Virus record (IMG/VR): IMGVR_UViG_3300029305_002366 | Span: 32,001-96,000 of that record | Reading direction: 5' to 3' (one strand) | DNA: 64,000 bases | Source: a virus | Taxonomy: Duplodnaviria > Caudoviricetes | In this document: positions 20,396 through 30,465 of the stretch, one piece after another | Position numbering within the stretch: the stretch's first letter is position 1 | Layout: each line of letters begins with the position of its first letter | Program-made: the position numbers and the translations under genes | The notes under the pieces: generated by a model | Told to the model about the DNA's origin: nothing | What the model saw: the letters and a program-made list of their open reading frames with translations, nothing else | Databases searched by the model: none

Positions 20396-20587
20396 TTACT
20401 TACTATTATTGCTAAACTTTTCTGCCTGTTCCTTGCGATACTGTTCAAGTTTTCTGATAGCATCTGCTTCATTAGGACAGAAATACTTGCCACGCTTACT
20501 ACCATCTCTTTTAAGTCTGCAAGTCTTTGGACAATGAATACCCTGAGACATAAGTGCCTGTGCTTCATCACGGTTAATCTGAATCAT
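20396..20587 (-). CDS. Small hypothetical protein
   Basis: 63 aa ORF at head of late block. Confidence 0.5.
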   Translation of the reverse strand: MIQINRDEAQALMSQGIHCPKTCRLKRDGSKRGKYFCPNEADAIRKLEQYRKEQAEKFSNNSK

Positions 20588-20625
20588 TAATTATTTCACT
20601 ACTTTCAATTTATTTATCATACCTC

Positions 20626-20700
20626 TTGACTTTTTAACTTTGATATGGTATGATATATTGGGAGATTGTACGTATAAAAAGATAAGAGGAACACAAGTTC
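20626..20700 (+). promoter_or_regulatory. Antisense sigma-A promoter with downstream LexA-like box
   Basis: TTGACT-17-TATGAT with extended -10 TG; GAAC-acaa-GTTC at 20689-20700. Confidence 0.45.
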
Positions 20701-20818
20701 TATCTTATGTTCCTCATCACTTTAAGAGTTGCTTGTAACTTATGCGGTTGTACTTTCTCCATATAGCCCCAGTTTTTTGTTACGACACCCTTAACAAATG
20801 GCTATTTATAGGCGAATA

Positions 20819-23455
20819 TCAAACATTTTCGGTGCGTGACATACTTCTTTGTTTACGTTTTCTTAATGTTGCTAATATTGTTTTTTGTTTCTTCTGACAT
20901 TCTTCACATCTGCATTTACCGTTTACTCTCTTTATCTCAGCACCACAATCAATACAAGTGTAGCCGTATTTAGTTTTGTTGGCTACAATGTTTTCATAAA
21001 CAATATCACCATATATCGTAAAGAAGAACTCTTTATATCTAATGTCCTTAAACACCGTATGTTCCTTAAACATATCCTTGACAAGCATATCACATATTTC
21101 GTATTGAGCATAATCAAATTTCTGCATTTCTGAAATAATATCATTAATAACTATTGCATTGGTTTCTTCTTCTTTATGTTTCTTTAATTTAGCAGTTGAT
21201 ACCATGTCACTATATGTTCTAAGTACATTCTCGTCTACTTCTATGTTAGGATTGTTCATAAGCATACGATAATCAAATCTTTTTTTATCTTCAAACGAAA
21301 GTTTAAATTCATTTTCTGGATATAGTGTAAAGATTCTATTTACAATACAATCATTAAGAGATTCTACCTGTGTTTCTTTCTTGTCCTTTGCGTAAGTAAA
21401 GAAAGCAGGTAATTTCTTATTGACATACTTTGATATTGTTTCCTTAATTTGCTTTGGCGGTGTACTCTTATATAAAGTCTTGGCAAAGTCAATTACTTCG
21501 TTATTTACCATACAAAGATATTTCAAACAGTCAATGGCTTCTTGTCTTGTCTCAGGTGTTCTGATTTCCTGACTGTTTTTTATCTTACTGATATTATTTG
21601 ACACTACTCCAATATTGCCACCTGTAAAGGCAGTTGATAGTCCTCTGTATCTGCTTTCGCTTGTAACCTGTTCTTTTGCCGCCTTACGCATATTATAGTA
21701 CAAGGGAACAACACCCATTTGATTTCTTTTTGCAACGCTAATAATATTATCATCCTGTAATATCAACGTCTTGTCTCCGTCTACATCGAATTGGAGAACC
21801 TTACTAATAACATCATGTGTACTTGTATAGCAAGCATTAGTTGTAAACCATTTCTGAATTTTAGAATTAACAACATTATTCCTTATAGCGTGTTCAAAAT
21901 ATAAATGAGGGCTTCTTAAACAATCAACTTCCTTATTAAATTCATGAAGATTACAATATACATCACCGTTTGCAAGCAAACCATTTGGTATTTGATTACC
22001 CTCAAATAACCATTCACAAAAAGCATATAGGTCTGGCAAAAGGAAAGTGTAATATCCATTGACTCTAAACTTAGCCGAATATAAATCTTTGATAAGTTTC
22101 TTTCTGGAATCACGCAGTTTCTCTCTAAAAAAGTTATCCTTGATTAGTCCGTTATATTCAATAAGACATTTCTGCATACCATTGTACTTGTTATAAGATT
22201 TACCATCCCTAATACCAAACTGTTCAAGCTGAACTTGTTTATCAGTGCAAATGCCATTAATTAAACTCACGCTGTCAGCGCACATCTTCTTTAATTCAGA
22301 ATCCTTATAATCAATAAAACTCTGAATCATCTGATAATTGATACTTGCTTTCTTGTAATAGTTTTCTTCAACATTACATTTACCTGCATGGCAATTATAT
22401 TTTTTAAACCTATTCTTATAATCTTCCCAACTGTCATAATAGGCATACATTTTAAGCTGAGATTTAGTAAGAATGATTTGAATATTATCTTCAATAATAT
22501 CCCATTCCTTGCCCCAAATATCTTTTACTATGGACGAACACTTGTTTTCAATAATAAATCTTTTGAAGTCAAATACCCCAAGTAATCCTTTGACCCACGG
22601 CATCCTGACCATAAAGTTTTTACTACTCAGTTCTGGACTTATCATTCCGCATCCATCGGTATGAGGAATTGGCACAGGCATAGTTTGACGAGTAATACTA
22701 TAATCTCTATCGTCAACATAATCAACCTCAGTGATAACATTAGTTTCAAAATCATCAACAACAATACAACGGTCAATATCAAAGTCAGTCCATTCCTCTG
22801 TTGCTGAATTACAAAGAGCAAGATACGCATTGTATTTATTAAGATTCATACCACCCTTTTGATTAACTTCTTCGATTGAAAGACCGCATGATAGTCTATT
22901 CCAATTTAGGTTAAGCAAATCTTCTCTAACGAAAACAGCCTTCTTTGTTCGTATCTGACCTGCACTACTTGCAAAATACACATACTTATTTCCATTATAA
23001 CCGAATCCACTATGAATCATATTTTCAAGAACTTCAAAATAAAATACCGATATTACCATAATCTGCTCATTGACAGTTGTGTTTTCAACTGTCTGTCTTA
23101 CATTAAGGTTTAAAGGTATCATACCAAAACAACGAGTTAGTTCACTGTCGAATATAGATATTCTATTGCGAGGATTTAACTTTAAAGGATTAATGTATCT
23201 ATAACGATTCATATTCCCTCTCATCATTGACAAGAGAATTTCTTTTAAAGTTGAAAGTTGTCTTGATACTTCCTTGTATTTTTTTTCCAAAACAAATCTT
23301 ACGGCATCACAAATATTTTTATCTTCAAGCAATGTTTTATATTGATTCTTCTGTTCTCTTATTTTATACATTTTCTGCTCTACGTTTCTTTCATCGTCAA
23401 AGTAAAATGCAGAGGTATCTATACCATAAATACAATACTGTTTATCTAATGCCAT
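20819..23455 (-). CDS. yonO: YonO-like single-subunit RNA polymerase (two-barrel family)
   Basis: SAGQIRTKK, HTDGCG, VRMPWVKG, LRSPHL, catalytic QFDVDGD, IDFAKT. Confidence 0.9.
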   Translation of the reverse strand: MALDKQYCIYGIDTSAFYFDDERNVEQKMYKIREQKNQYKTLLEDKNICDAVRFVLEKKYKEVSRQLSTLKEILLSMMRGNMNRYRYINPLKLNPRNRISIFDSELTRCFGMIPLNLNVRQTVENTTVNEQIMVISVFYFEVLENMIHSGFGYNGNKYVYFASSAGQIRTKKAVFVREDLLNLNWNRLSCGLSIEEVNQKGGMNLNKYNAYLALCNSATEEWTDFDIDRCIVVDDFETNVITEVDYVDDRDYSITRQTMPVPIPHTDGCGMISPELSSKNFMVRMPWVKGLLGVFDFKRFIIENKCSSIVKDIWGKEWDIIEDNIQIILTKSQLKMYAYYDSWEDYKNRFKKYNCHAGKCNVEENYYKKASINYQMIQSFIDYKDSELKKMCADSVSLINGICTDKQVQLEQFGIRDGKSYNKYNGMQKCLIEYNGLIKDNFFREKLRDSRKKLIKDLYSAKFRVNGYYTFLLPDLYAFCEWLFEGNQIPNGLLANGDVYCNLHEFNKEVDCLRSPHLYFEHAIRNNVVNSKIQKWFTTNACYTSTHDVISKVLQFDVDGDKTLILQDDNIISVAKRNQMGVVPLYYNMRKAAKEQVTSESRYRGLSTAFTGGNIGVVSNNISKIKNSQEIRTPETRQEAIDCLKYLCMVNNEVIDFAKTLYKSTPPKQIKETISKYVNKKLPAFFTYAKDKKETQVESLNDCIVNRIFTLYPENEFKLSFEDKKRFDYRMLMNNPNIEVDENVLRTYSDMVSTAKLKKHKEEETNAIVINDIISEMQKFDYAQYEICDMLVKDMFKEHTVFKDIRYKEFFFTIYGDIVYENIVANKTKYGYTCIDCGAEIKRVNGKCRCEECQKKQKTILATLRKRKQRSMSRTENV

Positions 23456-24350
23456 TTCCCTGTTCCTTCACTTTCTCCACAATTTTTTCAAATAGCCTTT
23501 CATCTTCTACAAACTGCCTATTGTATTTCGCCCACCACTGGGCTACAATATCACTTGGCTCAGTTTTTAATTCTCGTTCAAGATTCATATATCTTAATCT
23601 ACATATTAACTTTCTATCTTCAACGGACAACTTATAATAACCATGGTTTAATATCTCATAGTTTAATGTTCTTGCACACGATGCCTGCTCTATTGTAATC
23701 TTCCTCCAATATTCATTCCATTTATCTTCATTTTCAAACCAACGCTGTTTATATTCACCATGCATCCCCTCAGTAAAACCTACAAGAACAGCCGTATCTT
23801 TATAAGGTGATATTGTTTTGTATTCTTCTTTGCGATTCTTATTCCAGTTTATATTGCACCCTATATAATAATAACCATCTGTATCTTTCCATACTGTATA
23901 TCCGTAAACTTTGCAAATAGCTTTACCGCACAGCTTCTTAACTTCTTTCAAAGAGAATAACCAACCACACTTCTTATCAGGAACAGGTTTTAAATACATA
24001 TCAACAAACTCATGCGCTGTACAAGTAGACCATAAGGCAGGTGCTATAAGTCTACCACCATTAATACGATATTGAACTAAGTCATAATATCTTCCGTCCG
24101 TTTCATCTTTACTGATTCTGTAAGTACAATAATTACAACCAATATTAACCTCTCTGTATTCTCTACCTTTATTGTCTCTGTGGACTATTGGTAATTCCGT
24201 AAGCCTATCAAACAATTCTTGTGGATAGGGGAGAGGTATAATATCACTTCCATTATCAATTGTACTTGAATATTTCTGTCTTACTTCTTCTGCCGTACTG
24301 CCATACAACATGAATGGTTTACCTAAGTATGTTACCTGCCAACGCTTCAA
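23442..24350 (-). CDS. Hypothetical protein
   Basis: 302 aa ORF; two operator boxes at 24351-24380 overlap its RBS region. Confidence 0.6.
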   Translation of the reverse strand: MKRWQVTYLGKPFMLYGSTAEEVRQKYSSTIDNGSDIIPLPYPQELFDRLTELPIVHRDNKGREYREVNIGCNYCTYRISKDETDGRYYDLVQYRINGGRLIAPALWSTCTAHEFVDMYLKPVPDKKCGWLFSLKEVKKLCGKAICKVYGYTVWKDTDGYYYIGCNINWNKNRKEEYKTISPYKDTAVLVGFTEGMHGEYKQRWFENEDKWNEYWRKITIEQASCARTLNYEILNHGYYKLSVEDRKLICRLRYMNLERELKTEPSDIVAQWWAKYNRQFVEDERLFEKIVEKVKEQGNGIR

Positions 24351-24383
24351 TACAATTCACTCCTTGTATACAATTTACTCTTT

Positions 24384-24698
24384 CTACATATTTCCTCTCA
24401 ATGTTATTATTTCTTTTCTTAGCAAATCATTTTCTTCTTGAATTAATTTAATCTGAGATTTTAATTCTGATATCTGTTCTCTCATTAAATTTGAATATTC
24501 TCCAAGAAATGATTCAACTGTTTTATGAGCATCCGTGTTTTTAGAAGCCCAATTGCGCTTATTCATTTTCCTTCGGTAAGCCGCACACTCAGGGCAGTAT
24601 TTAATTCTTATATGACTCATCCAATCCGTATTGGGGTCATTGATATCACTTATTTTTTTTCCACACATTTCACAAAACTTTACATCAGGACAATTCAT
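24384..24698 (-). CDS. Zn-finger/coiled-coil protein
   Basis: CEMC...CPEC plus heptad repeat. Confidence 0.6.
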   Translation of the reverse strand: MNCPDVKFCEMCGKKISDINDPNTDWMSHIRIKYCPECAAYRRKMNKRNWASKNTDAHKTVESFLGEYSNLMREQISELKSQIKLIQEENDLLRKEIITLRGNM

Positions 24699-24791
24699 AT
24701 ACCCTCCCCTTTCGTCAATAGTAGTTAAAAATTTATAGATTAATCTACCTCAAAGGTAAAAATACTTCTTTAGTTTCGGTAGGGGAGTGGC

Positions 24792-25280
24792 TTAAAAATA
24801 TACTTTTGTATCATCACCCAAAGTCTCAATATCTCTTGTTGGCTTTTCTGCTACATACTCATCATCTGTTTTAAACTCTGTTCCTACCAAGTTGCTTCTT
24901 AACTTCAACTTGTATATACCTGTTTTAATATCAGGCGCAAGGTTAGTCAACTCGATGTTCGCTAATTCAGTCAGGGCATTTGCATTAGCTGATTTCTTAT
25001 CAGTGATATAAATATCGTAAGCATATATTTGACCGTCCATTTCTGATTTCCAAGATAAATTAAATACCTTGTAGTTTTCATTCTTTTTATCACATATGTT
25101 TACATCAGTAAGTAATCGGTGTAATGTCATTGCCCTATCTCGTTTTAACATTAAGTCTGAAACTTCTTGGTCAAACCTTACCACATCAAGCTGAGATTTT
25201 TTTAACTTGATGTATTTATAAAGTTTGAAGCTACCCACTCCCACACCGATGTAGGTAAGAAGTAATAACAAATCGCCCAT
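24792..25280 (-). CDS. Membrane-anchored hypothetical protein
   Basis: N-terminal hydrophobic helix. Confidence 0.55.
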   Translation of the reverse strand: MGDLLLLLTYIGVGVGSFKLYKYIKLKKSQLDVVRFDQEVSDLMLKRDRAMTLHRLLTDVNICDKKNENYKVFNLSWKSEMDGQIYAYDIYITDKKSANANALTELANIELTNLAPDIKTGIYKLKLRSNLVGTEFKTDDEYVAEKPTRDIETLGDDTKVYF

Positions 25281-25777
25281 ATCATCACCCCCATTAAAAC
25301 ATACAAGAATAATCGCACTACATAATTATATTGAGCCGCTATAAGAATATGTGGCATCCATCTTCTCATAAATACCAAACGTTTCCTGACCCATCGTCTG
25401 TAACGTTTGTATCTTTTGAACCGCCCTTCAAAGTTTCCATTAAGGGCAAATGATTTTAACATACTGCCAGTATCTTCCGTATTATATAACTCATCTGTCA
25501 TTCTCATATAATATGCTTCTCTGAGAAACAACATTAATATTAATTTATCTCTATTAACAAAATAGTTTGTAAATAGAAATATTTCTTTTATACGAAACTT
25601 AAAACAAATCGAAGGTGTTTTGCTCCATGCTTTTTGTAAAGCCTTGCAATGATGCTTATGGGTTTCAAGGTCATGTTTGTGTTCTGCGAACCTTTTGGCA
25701 ATCGAAACTGATTCCCCTATATACCTTTTGCCATTAATTCGATTTATTATTTGATAAACACCAACTATTTCAAACAC
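25202..25777 (-). CDS. GIY-YIG nuclease with C-terminal hydrophobic helix
   Basis: GVYQI..KRYIGES..RFAEH. Confidence 0.75.
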   Translation of the reverse strand: MFEIVGVYQIINRINGKRYIGESVSIAKRFAEHKHDLETHKHHCKALQKAWSKTPSICFKFRIKEIFLFTNYFVNRDKLILMLFLREAYYMRMTDELYNTEDTGSMLKSFALNGNFEGRFKRYKRYRRWVRKRLVFMRRWMPHILIAAQYNYVVRLFLYVLMGVMIWAICYYFLPTSVWEWVASNFINTSS

Positions 25778-26687
25778 CTCTTTTCATAGATGCGTCATAA
25801 CTGAAAACACCAAAGTATTTTTGCTCCGCTTCTTTTCTTGCAGATATAGCTTCATCAAGTGAAGCAAAACTTCCCAAGTGTATTCCCTTGTTTCTTATTC
25901 TTATTTGAGCCACCCACCTGTTTGACCCATTCGGTTTATACACACCTACAACACCTGATGTGTTATTACTCTGCAATTTTCTGTTCATGTTGTTTTGTCT
26001 TACAGTTGCAATTCTCAGATTACTTTTACGGTTATCAGTTATATCATGATTGATATGGTCAACTACCATATCGTCAGGACAATTCATTATTAATCTGTGC
26101 AATAAAATTGGATTACCATTATCTTGACTTTTTAAATATCCATCTCCGTCCTTTCTCCAACAATAATCTTTTACTTTCCAAAAATCATCTAAATCCACAT
26201 CAAATGGCTCGTTTTTCAGTGTATACATAGTTACATAATTTCCACAAAATTCATAACGATTATACCTTCTACGATGTTCCGCTGAAAGACATCCACACGA
26301 TTTAGAATTTCCACTTTTAAGACTTCTTTCCAATACTTCAACTTCGTTACCACAATCACAAATACATTTCCACTTAGAGTAATGGTGTCCCTTACTATTA
26401 ATATAATCCTCTGCCCTCGACAAAACCCTAAGTTTACCAAATTTCTCACCTTCCAAATTGCTAAACTTTCTACGAGATTTGCTTAGGTCTGCTGAAAGGC
26501 ATCCGCATGATTTGGTCTTGCCAGATTTTAAATCTTTAACCTGAGTGGTTTTTTCACCACCGCACTCGCACAAGCACTTACATCTTTTTCTATGCGTACC
26601 ATTAGGTTCTACGTAATCTTCTGCGTATTCAATAACTGTAAGCCTTCCAAATGTCATGCCTATTAAATCTTCTCTTGCTTTAACCAT
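25770..26687 (-). CDS. HNH-AP2 homing endonuclease
   Basis: Two FGRLTV..CxCG..SCGC repeats, LHRLI..DHINH..DNRKSNLR, AP2 domain (NTSGVVGV). Confidence 0.9.
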   Translation of the reverse strand: MVKAREDLIGMTFGRLTVIEYAEDYVEPNGTHRKRCKCLCECGGEKTTQVKDLKSGKTKSCGCLSADLSKSRRKFSNLEGEKFGKLRVLSRAEDYINSKGHHYSKWKCICDCGNEVEVLERSLKSGNSKSCGCLSAEHRRRYNRYEFCGNYVTMYTLKNEPFDVDLDDFWKVKDYCWRKDGDGYLKSQDNGNPILLHRLIMNCPDDMVVDHINHDITDNRKSNLRIATVRQNNMNRKLQSNNTSGVVGVYKPNGSNRWVAQIRIRNKGIHLGSFASLDEAISARKEAEQKYFGVFSYDASMKRGV

Positions 26688-26802
26688 TTATTATCTCCTA
26701 TGACATTCATTGCACATCCATCCATATTCATCTTTGTGGCAGAAACAATTTTTCTTGGAACACCACTTGTAATCCGCACTATCACAAACTATTGAATACT
26801 TA

Positions 26803-27135
26803 TCAAATATCATTTCTTATTTCCTTCTTTCTTGTTTTTCTTACAATTACTCCATGTTTCTTTCGTGCCAATCTATATATACCCCATGTAAATGCTTCAA
26901 CTCTGTATTCAAACGTCCAGAGCATATAACACAAGCATATAATATTAATTATTGGTATCAAGCCAATTATTAATATTGACACAAGTCTATCAAATTGATA
27001 ATCACTATCAAACTTTGCAACACCCTTGCCATATAAAATATCTATTGCGATTATATCTACAATGTGATAAACTACAACAAGCATTATTGCGACAAATATA
27101 TCAAGTAATAAATCAAATAGAATAATTCTTATCAA
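26803..27135 (-). CDS. Membrane protein
   Basis: Two hydrophobic segments. Confidence 0.55.
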   Translation of the reverse strand: MIRIILFDLLLDIFVAIMLVVVYHIVDIIAIDILYGKGVAKFDSDYQFDRLVSILIIGLIPIINIICLCYMLWTFEYRVEAFTWGIYRLARKKHGVIVRKTRKKEIRNDI

Positions 27136-27323
27136 ACCTTTACCTCACCACTTTCAAGCATTGCAAGAAATTCTAATGCGGCAGTCTCAGGAATATTTTC
27201 AAGGTCATTAACTCCATACCAATCCATAAGTATTGTTAAAGTCTCATGCCTATCGGTCTTACTAAATGAAGCTATCTTTTTAGTAGTTGCTGAACACATT
27301 ATTATCACTTCCTTTCCAACCAA
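27132..27323 (-). CDS. Hypothetical protein
   Basis: Small ORF; resembles the C-terminal end of the adjacent 27305-27958 product. Confidence 0.45.
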   Translation of the reverse strand: MVGKEVIIMCSATTKKIASFSKTDRHETLTILMDWYGVNDLENIPETAALEFLAMLESGEVKV

Positions 27324-27958
27324 CTCTTAGCCATATCTTCTGTAATCTTGGTAAGGTCTTTGTTTTCTATATGGTAGTAGTCAAGTATCTCATTGAAAGC
27401 TGACCCGTGCTTATCACCTTTATTAAGAACCTTCCTTAAAGTTTCAAATGTCAACTGCAATAACCCCCTGTCATATAACTTACATAATTCCTGTGTTAGT
27501 TTTAGTCCATCAGGTGTTTCATAAACTGTGCGATATTTTGAACAACTCTTTCTATCTGGAACTGAATAACATTTATGTCTCCATTTAAGAGAACCATCTT
27601 CGTTGATAAAAGTATTATTATAAAAATCTGAGCCTAACACACAATACATTACATCTGTGTTTCCGTCAACATTAAGTCCAACACAAGCTAATTCTCCGCA
27701 AGGTATAATTTGCTCTTTGACCTCATCCCAATGATTATACAGCCACGGCACTTTCTTTTCATCTGGTTCAAAGTCAGCACAGGTGGTTATATCAAAACAT
27801 CCACAATCGTAGGATTTGAAAATCTTTTTGGCAAATCTTAAATGCTTATGGTCTAATCTCTTACAGGTAGATTCAACACCGTCCATATCAGCATTAACTT
27901 TAAACCATTTACAATGACCACATTCAATTCTGCACCATTCTTCACAGTTAGTATTCAT
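27305..27958 (-). CDS. Cys-rich hypothetical protein
   Basis: 217 aa ORF. Confidence 0.6.
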   Translation of the reverse strand: MNTNCEEWCRIECGHCKWFKVNADMDGVESTCKRLDHKHLRFAKKIFKSYDCGCFDITTCADFEPDEKKVPWLYNHWDEVKEQIIPCGELACVGLNVDGNTDVMYCVLGSDFYNNTFINEDGSLKWRHKCYSVPDRKSCSKYRTVYETPDGLKLTQELCKLYDRGLLQLTFETLRKVLNKGDKHGSAFNEILDYYHIENKDLTKITEDMAKSWLERK

Positions 27959-27964
27959 ATTACG

Positions 27965-28123
27965 TTACCTCGCAAAGAATTTGGCTAAACTCATACCTGC
28001 CAACATCAGTGACCAAATAGCCATAGTCATAATAAAATCAAACTTGCCCTTACTATTGGTATGTCTACTAATGATAGTAGAACCTATTACAGATAACGTA
28101 ACCGCTGATAATAAATTAATCAT
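27965..28123 (-). CDS. Small membrane protein
   Basis: Two hydrophobic helices; AAGGAG RBS. Confidence 0.5.
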   Translation of the reverse strand: MINLLSAVTLSVIGSTIISRHTNSKGKFDFIMTMAIWSLMLAGMSLAKFFAR

Positions 28124-28373
28124 TTTCAAATCTCTCCTTTTCATTTTTATAAATCTCATAAGCATCACGATAATTCATGCAGGTAAATACTTGTTTATCA
28201 TTTATCCAAATATGATATATGGGTGAAGTCCAATTGTAGCATGGAACTCCATTACCTATTTTCTTCTTTGTCATATATAGTCCTGTTATATCTGATTCAT
28301 GTTCAAGTCTCCATACTTCTATACCGTCTTGCTGACAGCGTTCAGCCCACTCATTTAATTCGTTCATACTCAT
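28116..28373 (-). CDS. Hypothetical protein
   Basis: Coupled ORF. Confidence 0.55.
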   Translation of the reverse strand: MSMNELNEWAERCQQDGIEVWRLEHESDITGLYMTKKKIGNGVPCYNWTSPIYHIWINDKQVFTCMNYRDAYEIYKNEKERFEND

Positions 28374-28831
28374 TCTTCACGCTCTCTTTCGATTTCTCTC
28401 ATTATTGTATCAACTTTAGTAATAGTTTCTGAAATTCCTCTGGAAGAACTAATTGTATATCTTACAAACTCAGGCACATCAATTTCTGATGTATAACACC
28501 ATTCAAGAAGGTCATGTTTCTCTTTATCGGTATACTTTCCTGATTCATTGCATATGTCTGTTACAATTTCGGTAAGCATAGTATATACAGCATAAACATC
28601 TTCAACGTAGTTTATGTTATAACACCAATCCTTAAATATCATATCAAATGCTCGGTTTGCTATTCTTACTTCAAGTGGAAACGAACAAGTCTTAATCCTT
28701 TTTGCAAGAGGATTTAATAAATTCAAATCATCCTTTATCGCATGAATCTCAGTCCAGTAATTTGTTGCTCCTTTAAATTCCCATGCTCTCTGTTTAATAT
28801 CATTTATATCCATATTATCTCTCCTTATCAT
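28370..28831 (-). CDS. Hypothetical protein
   Basis: Coupled ORF. Confidence 0.55.
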   Translation of the reverse strand: MIRRDNMDINDIKQRAWEFKGATNYWTEIHAIKDDLNLLNPLAKRIKTCSFPLEVRIANRAFDMIFKDWCYNINYVEDVYAVYTMLTEIVTDICNESGKYTDKEKHDLLEWCYTSEIDVPEFVRYTISSSRGISETITKVDTIMREIEREREE

Positions 28832-29100
28832 TCTTCCTCATCTTCTTGTGCAAAGAAATCATATAAATCCCAATGGTCAAATTCAAAAGCAAGTTCTGGT
28901 ATTTGTTGTAATCTATCGTCAGTAAGTTCATCTAATTTCCATTTATGGGGATAACCTAATAAGCATGGTTCATGCATATAGATATTCTTTTTAAACTTAC
29001 AATGACTGCAATTATGTTTACTACAATCATCTTGAATCATTTTTAATAATCGTAGTAATACCACTGATAGTTTCATTTGTTTCTCTCCTCGTTTAACCAA
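28828..29100 (-). CDS. Hypothetical protein
   Basis: Coupled ORF. Confidence 0.5.
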   Translation of the reverse strand: MVKRGEKQMKLSVVLLRLLKMIQDDCSKHNCSHCKFKKNIYMHEPCLLGYPHKWKLDELTDDRLQQIPELAFEFDHWDLYDFFAQEDEEE

Positions 29101-29282
29101 TCACACATACAATGATAGCAAGTATCAGTCATATCAGGGTCATTAATCTGTGAATACTTATCACATCTTGCAGACGAATAATGTTTTCCGAATAAATATA
29201 ATGGACAACCGTCTGTATGCTTTAATAGAATAAGTAGCTTATCTATCAATGCCATATTATTAAGCCACTGTCTGTTTGTCAT
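29073..29282 (-). CDS. Hypothetical protein
   Basis: MTN...C..WL type small phage protein. Confidence 0.5.
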   Translation of the reverse strand: MTNRQWLNNMALIDKLLILLKHTDGCPLYLFGKHYSSARCDKYSQINDPDMTDTCYHCMCDWLNEERNK

Positions 29283-29511
29283 TGCTCTTTTCCTCTTGTA
29301 GAATATATCTTGTGTAAGTTACCTTTTCGCCCCATCTGTTTACGTTCGTTTCATTAGTTGAAATAATATCAACACCTTTCTTCCTGAGAAGAAATACTGT
29401 AGCGGCTAATCTTGTATCTCCAAGTTCCGAAATAGCATCCATTGAAGTAATACTACCAAACTCATGCAGGTATCTCATTAATCTTGTTTCTTTATTACTC
29501 ATATAATTCAT
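29260..29511 (-). CDS. Winged helix-turn-helix protein
   Basis: GSITSMDA..LGDTRLAA..LRKKG. Confidence 0.7.
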   Translation of the reverse strand: MNYMSNKETRLMRYLHEFGSITSMDAISELGDTRLAATVFLLRKKGVDIISTNETNVNRWGEKVTYTRYILQEEKSNDKQTVA

Positions 29512-29804
29512 TCCTCACAATCAGGATGCCACAGCTTACGCTCATCCTTTATCCACTGATATATTTCGTCAAGGTGTTCTCTTGCCAAATCTACAATCTG
29601 TTTTGATGAAGCGTATGAACGCATATCTTCTTTTCTGGCACACGTAATCAGTTCATATATAATATGTCTGTTAAACTCAGTCCAGTCTTTCAGATGTTCA
29701 TATCGTTCATTATCTACATTTGTTTCTGCAATAGGACGAAAACATCCTAATACTTTATAACATAACTCTTGTACACTGAATAATTTCATATTAACTCCTT
29801 TCAA
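29508..29804 (-). CDS. Hypothetical protein
   Basis: Coupled ORF. Confidence 0.55.
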   Translation of the reverse strand: MKGVNMKLFSVQELCYKVLGCFRPIAETNVDNERYEHLKDWTEFNRHIIYELITCARKEDMRSYASSKQIVDLAREHLDEIYQWIKDERKLWHPDCEE

Positions 29805-30001
29805 TATTTTCCATCGTCAATCAACCAAAACGATATTGTTGTCATATCATGACAAGTGTCGTTACATGGACAATCACACGGTATAGTTTCATAGAAATCA
29901 TTTAGGCATCTATCAACCATATTGCAGTTATGACATTTATAGCAAATATCCCTACAACAATATTGCATGACTTCAATTAACAAATCCCCTTTGGTCATCA
30001 T
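29801..30001 (-). CDS. Cys-rich hypothetical protein
   Basis: Coupled ORF. Confidence 0.45.
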   Translation of the reverse strand: MMTKGDLLIEVMQYCCRDICYKCHNCNMVDRCLNDFYETIPCDCPCNDTCHDMTTISFWLIDDGKY

Positions 30002-30064
30002 TCTTCTTCATCATCCTCGTCGCTATCTTCCTGACCGCACAAAGCATTAAATCTATTATTCATT

Positions 30065-30442
30065 TCATTCTCCTATTAACTTCATTGCTTCTTCTTTAAA
30101 CTTCCATGTACATCTCTTATGTTTACCATTTCCAAGAGGACAAGAGTTACACGCATCATAAGGATTAGCATACTTCATAGCGTAGTCGCATACAATACAT
30201 CTCTGTTCAAAACCTACTACTGTGTCAAGCAGTTTATCAAAACTTTCAACTGCAATCTTCAATAATCTCTTGGCTTCTGTAAGTTCTTCTTCGTAATGAG
30301 CAATCTGTCTACATTCATTCCAATGCTTATCCTGTAAATCAGAAATAGTTCTATCTGAATCAGAGATAGCTTCTTTTAACTGCTTGATATAAGCTGACAA
30401 CTCAGGTTCTTCGTACCATTTGTTTTCAATCCATATTCCCAT
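30065..30442 (-). CDS. Coiled-coil/Cys protein, paralogue of 62765 and 63192 products
   Basis: KRLLKIAVE..CxxC..C.W..EAMKLIGE. Confidence 0.6.
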   Translation of the reverse strand: MGIWIENKWYEEPELSAYIKQLKEAISDSDRTISDLQDKHWNECRQIAHYEEELTEAKRLLKIAVESFDKLLDTVVGFEQRCIVCDYAMKYANPYDACNSCPLGNGKHKRCTWKFKEEAMKLIGE

Positions 30443-30465
30443 AATATATTTTTCTCCTTTTATTT

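Noticed and set aside
1137-23637. Plus-strand ORFs of 60-180 aa in the structural arm, and most minus-strand ORFs in the 36-64 kb arm
   Set aside because: Antisense shadows of well-supported genes, lacking RBSs or motifs.
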